A DNA stretch of 64,000 bases from Lama glama (lineage: Eukaryota), in assembly GCA_028534125.1 (NCBI GenBank), contig CM052816.1, positions 47,928,001 to 47,992,000 on the forward strand. Direction: 5' to 3'. Positions 1-13,019 of this stretch are shown here, one piece after another. Within the stretch, counting starts at the first letter, position 1, and each line of letters opens with the position of its first letter. The notes under the pieces were generated by a model. It made no database searches. It saw only the letters and a program-made list of their open reading frames with translations, and was not told where the DNA came from. Position numbers and translations under genes: made by a program.

Positions 1-444
1 AATTTTTTTTTTTTTAGTTTGTAATCAAATAATCAAAATACGTACCCACAGCTAGGTAGGATATTTGACTACACTGAGTAAGACTAAATGAAATTCAAAT
101 AACTAGTCACTAATCTTTCTCTGTTATCCTCAACAACTGTTGACACAGTAAAACAATGTTCTTTGGTCTATGATATAGCAGAAAAAATATTTGCAAAATA
201 TCCTAAGAAAAATATGAAAACACTTAATTTTAACACAATATTTGGACATTGGATATAATGCATACTTATCCAGTTCCTAATATGTCATGCACTCCTTTAA
301 GTGTTTTATATATAAAGTAGATCTAGTCTATGCAATTTTTCTCAGTTGCCAATTTAATGAGCTTTCAATAACAGAATTCTTGCAACTATAAGGACAAAAT
401 ATCCAAATCAAAGTACATTATTCAAAACATGAATTGTCTAGTTT

Positions 445-660
445 GGATGTGTTCATTGATCCATTCATTAAATAGTTATTAAGCTCCAACCATTTGCTGG
501 TAACTTTGTGAATGCTTGGTCCCTAGTGAGGAATTAAGAGTCCCTGCTCTCATGTCACTTGTTTTTTAAAGATGTATAAACAGAACAAATAAGTAAACAA
601 AAAGATTTTTTTAATTATAAAAGTCCTTAATGCTATGAAGAAAACAAACCAAGTAAACAT
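445..660 (-). mobile_element. L2 LINE 3' fragment (old)
   Basis: cattcattaaatagttattaagctcc...tccctgctctcatg resembles the reverse complement of the L2 3' end; degraded. Confidence 0.55.
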
Positions 661-1269
661 CATAAAATGAATATAAAGTCACATAATTTGGTACCAGGTG
701 GGCACCACTGGAAGTCTGTGTCCTAGTTTCCAGAAAAAAACATTGTCCTGTAATGAGTTTAAACTCTCTAACAAGCTAATATGCAAGCTAAGGAGGCACA
801 AAATTACTTTTGACGCATAAGGTAAATATACAAACACAAACGTAGATTGTGAAACTTAAAAGCTCTGTAGAGAGTGATACAGAGGTCAGAGCTCCCCTCT
901 AATAAACCATTAACACTTAGAGATATATGTTAAAATGATGTCAAGATTGGGACAAAGCAAGAGGAGTAAGAAAATTCCATGTTGAGGTTTATACTCTAGT
1001 TCTGCTACAGGCCCACTATTTTATGAACCTCTGATCCATGGTTTATAGTATATAAGTCAAGTGATGGCAGGCAAAGCCTTGGGACAAAAAAGTTAAGACA
1101 CGCCAAACTCTGAGCAATAGTATGTAATTGGCACCGAGATACTGCATGGTATTTTCTCTCTCAAAGGAATCCTGGTCCATTTTCTTAGTAAAGTAGTTTT
1201 TAGTCTCTCACAGCAATATCTTCTTCACTTATTAATTTCTAAGAGAAAGACAGGGGATGCTTTATTGAA

Positions 1270-1335
1270 AGCATCCATTTGTTCACTTAATCACTAACTT
1301 GTTGAACAAATATTCGTTGAACATGTATTTTAGTT
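1270..1335 (-). mobile_element. L2 3' tail remnant
   Basis: catccatttgttcac...aacaaatattcgttgaac resembles the L2 terminal motif. Confidence 0.4.
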
Positions 1336-2284
1336 CTTCCTAAACTTAACTTGGTAAATGCTAAACTGTCTTACACTTGACTGGTCTGAAGGACTACAGT
1401 AAGGCAAAACCATCCACGTGTGTCATTTATGACAAGCCCACTCTGTCGCCCTGGATTCCGACAGGGGTGTACGTGGTACAGAGCTTCAGGCTGATCACTG
1501 GGAACTTGCTGAGCAGCTGTGCTGAGTAGTCGGCTGCTTTACTACGTTTGATAGACACTGGCTAGTAAGATCACCTGCTTATTTAAGAAAAAAAGCCTGT
1601 CACAAATGCTAACTGGGGATTGTCTGTTCTGTAAACATTTAGCATAAGATCATTTTATTCATTATATGCACACTATCGAACTGCTTAAAACAATGAACAA
1701 CCACTATTTGGGTAAGTAAGATATAATATAGAGGAACCAGAAGGAAGTCTCTGGTTAGTTAGCATTGATTAGAACCTTATTTTAAAACTGTCCGGATTTT
1801 GTTTCTATAAACTAAGGAGAATGTGGATTGGGGGGAAGAAATGAGACAGAAAAATTCATTTTAAATTAAAAAATCAGATATATTTTACCAAATTAGAAAA
1901 TATTACCAAATTAGAGTCCCTTCTCCTAGACATGAAAAAGCTTGTGATTCAACAGTATGAATTATACATAGCTACTAGGTGAAGGATATTGGACAGATAA
2001 TTTCTGTGGCCCTAGAGTGAGAGTGGGGGGCTGAGGTAGGGAGGAGTGGGAAGAAATAAATGAAAAATGAAGAATGGGATTTGTTTCTGCTTGAGCCATT
2101 GGTTAGATGTTTCTAAAATGTTCTTCTCCCAAAGGTTCTTTAAGGAGAAACAAGTTTAAGGAACTTGTAGAATGTCCTTCCCCAAACCCTTAGTTAGCAC
2201 CAGACTGGGTCTATTCATACCCTAGGGGTCAATGCAAATTATTTCTATATGAAACCTAGAGATCTGACTTAATGGCCTTAAAAT

Positions 2285-2485
2285 AACAATAGCTGTATTT
2301 TTCACTGAATTTGAATTATATGCCATGCATTTTTCTAAAGATTTACATTCTAACATCACTTCAACACTATGAATTAGGTATTACTAAATGTTTACTGGTA
2401 AATCAACTCCAGCATGAGAATTCAAGCACTTTGCTCAAGGCTACTCAGAGGTTGAAGAGGCCAAACTGAAAGCCACTCTACAGCA
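2285..2485 (-). mobile_element. MIR SINE
   Basis: aataacaatagct...tatgccatgcattttctaa...actttgctcaaggctactcag resembles the reverse complement of the MIR core. Confidence 0.55.
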
Positions 2486-3958
2486 TCCCTTTGCAGTGAT
2501 TTTATGGAACTTGGGGCTTGTACAACTCTTAGTTTCTGGGCTACCTCATGAAGGCAGGCAGTGTGTATGCACTTTGCCACATCCTGTATACAGGTCTTAA
2601 GAATGCTGCAATCTGATTGTTCTTAAAATTAGAATCACTAGAAGATAAAGTTGTACTGACCAGCTCAAGTTTGAGTCACTACTCAAATTCTAGCCATAAC
2701 TTTATCAAAAGTATAACTTTTATTTTGGATTAGTAAGCAGCTGATAAACTTACTTGCAAATGCTAAAAGCAGTAGGCACAGAGAATTTCAATTACTCTGA
2801 CCCAATAGTGGCTAACAATGGATGAATCATTAAGAAAGGGTTTATGTTCCTGCAAGTAATAAAATACTCTGAGATTGAGGTCTCTAAGGCAAATTCCAAC
2901 TTAGTCATACAAAATAAATGAGGTAAATAAGATAGATCTTAGTAAAGTTGTTGTCTGTAGTTCCAAATATTCGAGAACTTAAAATATCTAAGAGGGTATA
3001 TTTGAAATTAATGGTGCATAAGGATGAAACTTTTAAATGTCAGTCTTGCAAGGAATTTGAGTGGGATGAGAAAAATGGAAGTTCATTCAACTTTAAGAAC
3101 ATACTACCTTAAAGTGGTTTTACTCTTGCTAAATAAGCTTTTACTTTCATGGGAAATATATTAAGTCATTAGTCTTTTCATAGGCAACTTTTTTGTGGGT
3201 GGTAAGTGAGGTGGAAGCCTGAGGAAAGAATTTTAAAACTAGATTAATTGCAGCAAATAGGCCTTATACTGCTTCATTCTTAAGTTTTGCTGGCTACAGA
3301 AATGTGCTCAGATCTGAGCCCTTCAAACATGTTCAAATACATTTAAGTGGAGTCTCCCCATGCATTTTCTTTCCAAATCTTCATTAATTCACTCTTACCA
3401 TGTTCCTTCCCTTTACAGATACATTTAGTTTGCTTTATTCTCTTTTATCCCTTCTATGTCCACCCAAACAAGATTTGTTTTTTTTTTTTAACTCCAGAGT
3501 ATTAAGTCAGATTCATTCAATTGGCTAGAACAACAATGCCTCATCTTAGGGAAGAAAACACCAGCCCTCCATAGTCTCACACCTGAGTCTCACACAGCAA
3601 CTGTGGGTTAACAACACTGTGCTTGAAGCCCCAGCTAAACCCTCAGGATTTGCTAGTTCCATCTGCCACACCTCTGTTGCAAAAGAGACTCCATCTGCTG
3701 CCACATCCAGCTTCTCACAGGCATGTGGAATTCCGTAAAGTTCCAGAGTAATTTTTTCCCATTTTTCCCTTTAGGTTCTGACTTATTCTATTAAGTCACC
3801 ATATGATTTGTGGTGCCAGTCCCATGTTATCCAATTGGAGATGCCATTACTGGCCTTGATGTGGGGCTGTTCCCCAAGTTCCCTACCCTCTATTATAGCT
3901 ATGCTCCTATTTACATTTGTGAGTTTTTGCATATGTCCTAGAATTCAGGTTTTGATGT

Positions 3959-4019
3959 ATTTTTCTTTTGTTTCTTTTTTAAAAAATGTTAATTGAAGTA
4001 TAGTTCATTACAGTGTTAG
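3959..4019 (-). mobile_element. Very short 5'-truncated L1 3' tail
   Basis: T-rich tail then ttgaagtatagttcattacagtgttag (L1 3' terminus, reverse complement); flanked by an imperfect 15-bp direct repeat ttcagg(t/c)tttgatgt at 3944-3958 and 4020-4034. Confidence 0.6.
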
Positions 4020-4123
4020 TTCAGGCTTTGATGTCTATTTTTAAAGTGGGAAAAACTGTTAGAATTCAGAGTATGTGTTTCACATGGCAACTTCTGTCTA
4101 TAGCTATTTCCCTATAATTGCAC

Positions 4124-4126
<3 letters not shown>

Positions 4127-4161
<35 letters not shown>

Positions 4162-4187
4162 CACTCACTCACTCTCTCTCTCTCTCC
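4127..4187. repeat. Compound microsatellite (AC)16 followed by CTCA/CT units
   Basis: Directly visible. Confidence 0.95.
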
Positions 4188-4769
4188 CTTTAGGTAACAA
4201 TCATGCAAACCCATCCATACTCTTCTCCCTATACGTCTCACAGTACCTAGGTGTCTAGCAAATACACTGCTTTTTGGAAATCCATAACCTTTCATCCCAG
4301 GTTTTTCCCATGCCCTAATCTTCTTCCCAACATTCAACATAATGTACCATTACCACTACCATAATCACACACACACACTCCCTCACCTTTCTATTGGACA
4401 TATGCCCTTTTGCTCTGAAATGACCTCTCACACATCTTTTCCCTTTAAGGCAAAATACAATGTCCTTACAGTATTTCTCAGGTCAGCGAGCCAATGAAAT
4501 GAACTAATTCTTGCTAAGGTACTAAAGATTCATTGTTTTTACAGAGAACATTGGCATTTTACAAGCAGCGTTTATATAGGTGCACCGTGTTTTAAGGAGT
4601 GCATCTTCACTAGTAGGATCTCAGGCACAGGGATGGGTCATACAGCAGATTATCCTCATATAATGTCCCCTAATGCCACATATTACAATAATTCCTGTAT
4701 AGCCTGACACCATTTTTTTTTTTTAAGTTTCCTGGCCTAGGGAAGGTATAGTGAGCTGGGAAAATCCTT

Positions 4770-4905
4770 TGGAGCAGTGGTATCCAAGAAGACTGGGATC
4801 CACACTCAATTTTGCCACTAACTACATTGACAAGGCCAGCCTATCACTTAAACTGCCTCAATTTCAACTTCTCAATGTGGAAATTGAGTTGTTTGGTATT
4901 AAATA
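4770..4905 (+). mobile_element. MIR SINE
   Basis: agactgggatcc...tgccactaactac...ctgcctcaatttcaacttctcaatgtgg matches the MIR core. Confidence 0.55.
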
Positions 4906-5635
4906 TATGATTTTTAATGTTGTGTTGTTAAAACTGAGTTTATCTGGTTTTTGCATGTGTAAAAGAATGGAAGAGAAACCGCACATCAGGAGGGAAGCAA
5001 TTTCTATTAGAGAAATCAGAATTAAGGTACTTTTATAAAAGGCAGACAAATCAAAATGTAGACTTTCACAGCACCCAGGAATTTCAAATGCTTATGTTTG
5101 TAACTTGCCAATTGGGTTCTAAAGAAAAGAAGCTAGAGGGGCCATTACTGTATGATTAAGAACTCCAAGAATGAAATCTGAGTGACCCAGTCTTTACTGC
5201 TTCTCAGTCTGATTTGCTATTTCCTACAAGTCAATTTATTTCCTAAACAGATGGGCCTTAATACAACATGCCAATTAATCTTGAAGGGCAAACAGCTCTG
5301 CAACTCACAAAAAAGTGTCTTATTTAAGGACATTTAGTTGTGATTATATTCAGGCCACAGGCATAATGCTTTACAATAATTTCTCAGCATTCCTTTGCTG
5401 TATCCCGGGTTAAGATTTTGAAGGAAATGCTTAGAAGAAACCTGAGAGAATTCAAATTAATCGACACTAAGTCATTGTGAGAATACAAAGCCTCCTTCTG
5501 TCCTCCCACACCCAAACTCAATCCTCTGACCTTTGAAACAAAGAAGAGGTGCTGGAATACAAGCAAAACTAATTATTTCTTTCAAAAATAAGAACTTCTC
5601 AAGTAAGAAATGACTTGGTCCAAGTACAACACTGC

Positions 5636-5702
5636 CAAAAAAAAAATAAATAAAAATAAAAACAAAAAAGAACCACAAAAAAAAGGAAAGAAAAAAAAAA
5701 AA
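5636..5702. repeat. A-rich low-complexity tract
   Basis: Directly visible. Confidence 0.9.
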
Positions 5703-6274
5703 GCAGTACAGAGATTTTAATTTAGTCCCAAAGGAAAGACATCAGTGTGGAACATCGGGTGCGAGATGATTCTGTTTATCTACTGCCTGCAGAGTCTTCC
5801 CACACCGGAGGAAATCCTTTGACAACATCCTTTATGGGAGGCTGAGGAACAGATTGTAATACTTTTCAGTGCAAGGGCAAGACACAGTGAGAAACTGTAT
5901 TCAAAGTGGATGAGAAAATGATGGTTCTCAGGGCTATTAATATGAAGTATGACAACTTCTTGCAGAGAAACCAACTGCAAAGATGAATTCTTGACTTGAA
6001 AGAACTAAGATCTTGAGATGAGGAGAAGAAATGGCAAGACCTCATTTCTCAATTCTAACCCTTTAGAAGGTCCATCCTAGGCCAACTTATAAATCAATTT
6101 CCTCTGACCCTCTTCCATCTTTCCCTTCGGTTATTTTTATGCGATTATTTATGTTGCATACTCTTGTTCTTTGAGATGTGGTTCTACCAGGCTAACTACT
6201 GTAAGCTCAGTCTACACAGGAGTATTGCTGTGCCATTCTAATAGAAGATTCTGAATGGTGTTTGGAAAAGAGAC

Positions 6275-6505
6275 CAATCATAATAGTTACCATATATATG
6301 TGTTCGATTCTGGGTGCTGTACTAGGTGTCTTGCACAATTTTTAATATTCTCTTTACAATCTAAGAGTTTTTATTTCCATATTTAAGATAAGAGAACTGA
6401 GATACAGGAAAATTTAGTCTCCCTTTCCCCAGTGCACAAATTAAAAATGGTAAAGTTGGAATAGGAACCAATGTCTGTCTTCCCACAAAACCCTTTCTTG
6501 TATTG
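6275..6505 (-). mobile_element. MIR SINE
   Basis: ataatagttacc...ccatatttaagataagagaactgagatacagg resembles the reverse complement of the MIR core. Confidence 0.6.
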
Positions 6506-6879
6506 CACTTCCTCACCTTTCTATTGTACCTAACCTCACAACTTGCTACCTCTTTCATATACTAAGACAAGCCAACTTTCTCCAACTCAAGATTGATTGT
6601 GTACTCCTCCTATCTACTGCTTCAGGCTCTGAAAGCACAAGATGACAAATAAGAAGTGTGTTCTACATTCTATATATACTATCTATATACATAATATTTT
6701 ATATATATAGAATATTCAAGAATATACAATACTTTCTACCTCTCTTGGTGTCAATTCTAAGTTCTAGACCTACTTCAAGCCTCAAAACCTCTAACTTGGC
6801 CCCACTTTTATTAATCCAACCTTTTTGGACTCCTTACTCAGGCCAGTTTCTTCATGCTCCTCCACCTCTAACGGCACAC

Positions 6880-7195
6880 TTACTGGTATACTTAAAACTC
6901 ATACTTCTCTCTCTTGTTAAAATTTTCTTTCTTCTGTTCCCACTTCCTAGTGTGTTCAAATTCTACACAACTTTTGAGGCCAACTCTAGCTCCATACCTT
7001 CCTGGACCTTTGCTCACTCTTCTAGGTTATCCTGACCTGCCTTTTGTTCATCCTTCTGACAAAAGTCCTTGGAAGCTATGCTATTTTTTGTTTTCTAAAT
7101 TGTTTGTGTTTTATTCTGCCAATGAAATAGCAAGTAAGAAGTAAAATGCTAGATCAATTGTTCTCAATAAGTACCTGCTGAGTTATTTCAGAGTG
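6880..7195 (+). mobile_element. L2 fragment (very degraded)
   Basis: Pyrimidine-rich L2-like body ending ttctcaataagtacctgctgag. Confidence 0.35.
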
Positions 7196-10100
7196 AAATA
7201 AATCTGAGACACTGTGTAGCAAAACACGACTCCCCTGACCCCACTAAGAAATATCACTCCCCGGCCACATCATCTTATACTGTAAATATGTCAAGGTCAC
7301 GAATGAGCTTTTCTATAAGCCTTTCCCAACCAACTTGTAGGGCCATGTGTTTGCATGGGGTAAGCTCTATAGAAAATTCTGAGATTTATTCTCACTGTGA
7401 GGGCAATCTGTTAAATTTTTATAGTATCACCTCCAGCTATTATTGGATATCATCAAGAAATTTGCAATTATTTCTAATTCATGCATTACTATTTCTGAGG
7501 TTTAGAAACCTCAAGTTGAGAGATAAAGTTTTTTGAAGTACAATATATACAGTGGAGAGAAGCCTCAACTTTTCACTGTGCTCCTGAATATACTCAGTGA
7601 ATACATTACCTCAGAAGATACTCCAAAGAGCAACTTGTTAATGTCAGCTTGTACTTTGCAGAGCTAGCAGAGAGTCTGCAGCTGAATGTCCTTCTTTAGA
7701 AGAGAGCCTAATTGAAGAGCTGCAATGAGTCATTACTTTAAGTCTAGCCTAGATTCATATAATGAGCACAAACTCAAGTGAAAGATATTTCTGACCTATT
7801 GACAAGACACTCTTTACATTTTAAATTCACTTCAGTTAAACACAATCTGACTACTGGAAGCTTCAAGCCCAGTACTTTTGTCCTCCCCCTTTTTTTCTTT
7901 CAACACAGCCACTGCATCTTGAGCCGGCTCTCCCCTGTACTGTGGGCATTCCAGGGTCAAGGAGAGCCGGCTTAAATTCTATCTACTCTTTCTTCCTTCC
8001 TTTTCTAACATTCTCCACTTTCCGAGAAAGATGACAGAATAGTAGGTTTAGGTCACTTTGGGTTTTACAGCCTCAGTTCTCTCTAAACCCTTTACCAATA
8101 GAAACTCTCTCATCTCTGTAGACCTCGTGGCTTTTTAACCATGCAAAGGCTGCTGGAGGCGCCACCGTGCTTGAAGCACCTTGCAGGATACCTGGCCCTG
8201 GCAGGGTGTGTAGGTCCTTGATGAACAATAGCTACACTCCTTTTCAATTCTTTTGGATATCCCTCAGCGAATAGAACAATGCCTTGCACACAAGAGGCAC
8301 TTGTCACATGCTGGTTCAAATGACATTATTGCTAGTATTCCGGAAGGTTTCTCTTCAAGGTATCACTTAAGAGAGGACATCTTATATTCACCCAACTTTG
8401 GCAGAAAACTCAAATGGCTACTAAAACCATCTCATGTATGCTTGTAAGCCTCAGTTTCTTTGGGTTGCAGTATTTGTTCATATTTGTATAGACAGAATTT
8501 AATAAATTTATCTAAAATATTTAAAGCAATAATAACACTTTTACAGTTAGGGATCAAGTTAACATTCTCATAGTTACTCAGTTTAGTGGATTTCAGTGTA
8601 AATGTCTTTGGCAGTAAGCTATCTTTGCCAAGAAACAATGAGGCTGAATATCAAGACAATAAGTGGAATGCTGTGTTAGTTCTCCTGGCTTGTATTCTGT
8701 TAGCTCTGAGTAGTTTTCTTTCTTTTCTTTTCTTTTTTTTTTTTTTCCTTCCTTGAAAATCTAATACTTGCTATGAAAAAGAAAAAAAATGTGGTTGCTC
8801 AGTTTTAAAGAGATATTAGGAAAATAACAAAGTTCAGATGAATATGAATAGCAGTCTCTTTGGGACTGGCTTTATCTTTCTACTTATCAGTAATATTGAA
8901 GCAATTCTGATATGTCACATTTTGTTTTATGCTCAGATAAACAGGTTCCAGCACCCTGCAACAACCTGTAATCAGAAGACACCTGACACTTGCGAGTGAG
9001 GGTCATCAGAGCAAGTTGGGACTGTCCCAACTGCTATTGAGTATTTTTCATTTTCTCTTTGTATCAGAGGGGGTGTTTTTCCCCGTCCCTTGTTCCACAG
9101 AAAGCAAACTGCCACAATTCCCTTGACAAGTTGTTATTCTACTAAACGGCCTCAGAAAAGTCTGGACTAGAATGAAGATGGTAACTTCGTAACTTCCTTC
9201 TGATTTTCGATATTCCCATACATTTAAATCACAGACTTTGTATGTACCTAGGACAGTGACACAATGTTACCACAACTCCAGTCTGATTCAGCCTCAGCAT
9301 CTAATGTCTGACTTGCTTTCATAATTGCACAGAACATCAGAGAGGTTACAGCATGCGAAGAGAAGAATCAAAAAGTGTTTTTGACTTTGTCTAAAGGAAT
9401 CTAAAAAGTGGATATATCAATGAGCTTTCAAATTTACAAGTTTTACAAATTTACAGGTTTACAGCTTTACAAATTTATTTCAATGGTCTTGATTAATTTT
9501 CTCCGTTACTCTTATGTGCCCCATTCAGAAGAGAATTAAAGAAGGAATGCATAAAGGGTGCAGCTCCCACCTTGGTAAGCCACCTTGCTCTTCCACCTCT
9601 CTTCCTAGTGCATTGCTAATAACCACCTTCTCTAAATTGAGGGTGGAACACCATGTCAGCTTGAGAAAATATCCCTTGTGTTCTGAACATTTCAAATATT
9701 GCTTTATGCTAGACGGCAATATTGAGCAGTCTGGAATTTGAGTATAGTATCTTGCAGACACTTAGGATTTTTGTTAGTATTCAGAAGAAAAAAGTCATTT
9801 ATCAGTCAGAAGTCATTACTGATAAGATGGACAATCTATTCACTGAGTGGATTAAAATTTTCATATTCCCCATTGCTAGGAAATTTGCCACTCATTTCTC
9901 ATCTTAAAGAGGAGGTTAACTTACATCTTTCACTCTTATTTTCAAGACATAGGTCACAAGAAGATTAGATTGAATTTGAAGCCATAAGTTTTGTCAACCT
10001 TTATTTTCAAATACCCACCAAGCAGAACACCTAAAATTAAATTCTAAGTGGCATTTATGAAGGAGGAGTAAATTTTCTCTCTTCCTTGGCATAATTAAAG

Positions 10101-11408
10101 TATAAGAATAATGTTATATAGTACTTTTCCAAAGCTCTAAATGAACATGTCCACTCTTTGGATCTTCCCTTTAGTTAAATATATGAGTGTTGTTAAAAAC
10201 AGATTCTAATCCTTATACCTTTATTACTTGTATGTCCACATGAATTGATAGATGAGTCCATACACTGCCTTCATAAAACCCTTCCTGAGAACATTTTTAC
10301 TGAACTCCCAAATGCTTTAACACTAGAAAAGATCATTGAAGTAAAACTTTATTAATATAACAATTGTCTGTATTATAGAACTGAAAAAAGGTATTATTTT
10401 GATTCAATTTACTTCCAAATTAGTATGAATGTGTAAAGGTGTTAAGTATTTGGAAGAAATACTCAAGGTTAAATAAATCTTTAACAATCTGTATTTTTAT
10501 TACAGGCAATGTGCTACTTACAGTCTTTGATTGTTTATTTTTTAGATTTTTCTACTATTGCCCTTTTGAATTAGACTTAATTTTTCCCATAACATTACAA
10601 ATTTAATGTGTAAATGATTGGTCAACACACTGTATTACAGAGGGTTATTTTTAAATTAGGCCACGTTCATTTCAGTGGTATCTCACTGTATAACTTTTTT
10701 GATAATGTGTGACATTCAATAGAAGGCTGTGCTAAATTAGATTATACCCAAGAAGGAGCTCGGTTACTAAAATATATTGAAGACCTGAGAGTAAGCCTGT
10801 CTTCTCTTGAAAGCAATCCCGTATCACAGACTTTTCTAACAGCTATATAGCAAGATGCTCTTCTTTATAGAACATCCTTCTGAGATTTATAACCAAGAAT
10901 ATCTGATTTAATACTTAAACACTGGATAGAGAGCAAATTTGATTTTCCTTTCAGTGGGAGATGAGAGAAAAGCCATCTAGTATGAATAAACATTGGAACG
11001 CACAGTGTGCTGATGTGGGGCAAAGAAGCCGCAGAAGGCACTTTAATGAGGTTGAGGTATAAGGAAAATATGGGTTGGTGCCCTAATAAAATGACTAACG
11101 TTCTACTTTCACAGAAGTTTGAAATCTCTGTATATATGTATTGATCCTCCGAAGACAGTGCTATTAAGTAGTTATTTCCCCAGGGTTACTTTTCAATAAC
11201 TAGAAGTATCTCATTTCTGAGGTCTAAACTGGTGTGACTTTTTATTCATATTAAAATGTTCTGTTATAAAGCTAGAGAAAAAGACACTCTCAAAGTCTGT
11301 CCTGCACGTTTATGGTCACATGTACCCTGCACATTACAGACAGGAGAACCGAATGCAAAACATTAGGATAAACTTTAACTACTGGTGTGTTCACATCTAC
11401 TCCTAGTA

Positions 11409-11756
11409 TGTTTTAGTCCTTTTAGGCTGCTACAGTAAGATCACCATAGACTGGGTGACTTATACACAACAAAATTCATTTCTCACAGTTCGAGAAAGTT
11501 CCAGATGAAGACACTGGCAGATTTGGTGTCTGGTGAGGACTCTCTTCCTGGTTCTTAGAGGGCTAAGAACCTCACATGCCAGCAGGGGCAAATGAACTCT
11601 CAGGGCACTGATTTTACAAGGGCACTAATTGCATTAGTGAGGCCTTGCCTCCATGATCACTCCCCAAAGGTCTCAGCTGCAGATACCATTGCATCTCACA
11701 TCCGGAGTTAGGATTTAACAAATTTTGCAGGGGACACAAACATTCAGTCCATAGCA
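11409..11756 (-). mobile_element. MaLR solo LTR, MLT1A/MLT1A0-like
   Basis: TG...CA ends; tgttttagtcc..ggctgctac..ccatagactgggtgacttat..ttctcacagttc and ggggacacaaacattcagtccatagca match MLT1A0; flanks tagta/tagtc form a 4/5 target-site duplication. Confidence 0.9.
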
Positions 11757-13019
11757 TAGTCCAACTTTAAGGACTGAGGGATTTGTCCTTTCCATTACCC
11801 ATATCTTCTTGCTCTTTAAAATGCATCTTTAGCAGAATATACAATTCTCTAATTCTGTTATCAAAGATATGCAAAGCAGATATCTCTGGGAGAGCAAATG
11901 CATTGACCTATATTCATACTATAGTGAAAATGGCTGAAAGCCCATCATTCCGCAAGGTAGGTTTATAATGGAGAGAGCTGGAGGGCGAGTGCTTGAAGTG
12001 ATGCAGAGACCATGTAAACAGAAGGGAGGAGACACAGAAAAAGGGTATTGAATATAACATTTTAGTGGCACAAACAGGATTAAACACAACATAAGGGTTA
12101 AACTCGGTAACTTCTGCCTTTCCAGAGCTGGCATAACTCTATATTCTAAGAGATGGACATAAGGAACAAGGAGTATCTTGAATTAGGAGATTATTTTTGA
12201 AAAACTCTTTTGAATTAGGTACCATTGAGGTCACAGAAGCAAAAGCAAACTTTCTGTTCTGTCCTCTGATCTTGACGATTTAAAAATCCTGTTAAGAGAG
12301 ACCTGAATGACTCACATGAGTCAAAATAAATCATGGAAGATAATATTAGGTCACTCTGTTCCATGCATAGAACAGAATTATTAGCTTTCTGCCTGCACTA
12401 ACTCTTGCTTAACTACCTCTGAATCAGTAATCAAACACAGTGGCCCATAAATGCTAACCACATTAAAATGTATTTGGGAGGAAATAACAGGTGTGGGTAT
12501 TTTTAAGCCGATCCTCAGATGCCTAATTTTCTAAATGAACCATTTGTGGGTGAAATGCAAATATACTGAAAATAAATTATGGGCCAAAAACACTCATGAC
12601 TTTGTGTATCAGTGTCGGTTCTGTAAAAAGTTTCCACTACTCAAAAGACTGTTAAAAAGGTCTGAACGTGTAAGCAGTACTAGTTTCAAGGCTTGCAAAA
12701 CCATATCCATTAAGATTTTTAGGTAAATATGTATCAGTAGAGGTGAAATATAGAAATTTGTGTTACTTTACACAACATGTTAGGAAAGATCTTGTTCTTG
12801 TCAAAATATGCCCCAGGTTAAAAATAAGAACTTTTTTTATCTTTTCTAAAAGTAACGCAACTGCATTTTTCTTCAAATTGACCCTTATTATTTAACAATG
12901 GCCCAAACTTGCTGTATCTAAGACGTTTTCATTGGGATTATTTCTCAAACTTTCATGTCAACATTTAACATTGCTGTACTCATTAAAAATTACTATCTTT
13001 CCTGGCTTCCAGATTAGCT

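Noticed and set aside
1414..1476. Hammerhead ribozyme in the three-way junction
   Set aside because: No CUGAnGA and GAAA core at the junction on either strand.
5531..5634. Minus-strand exon after the long T-tract
   Set aside because: The acceptor is explained by a low-complexity tract, the donor is weak and the peptide is unrecognisable.
8148..8168. CTCF site (ggctgctggaggcgccacc)
   Set aside because: About four mismatches to the core consensus; not supportable without a PWM score or ChIP data.
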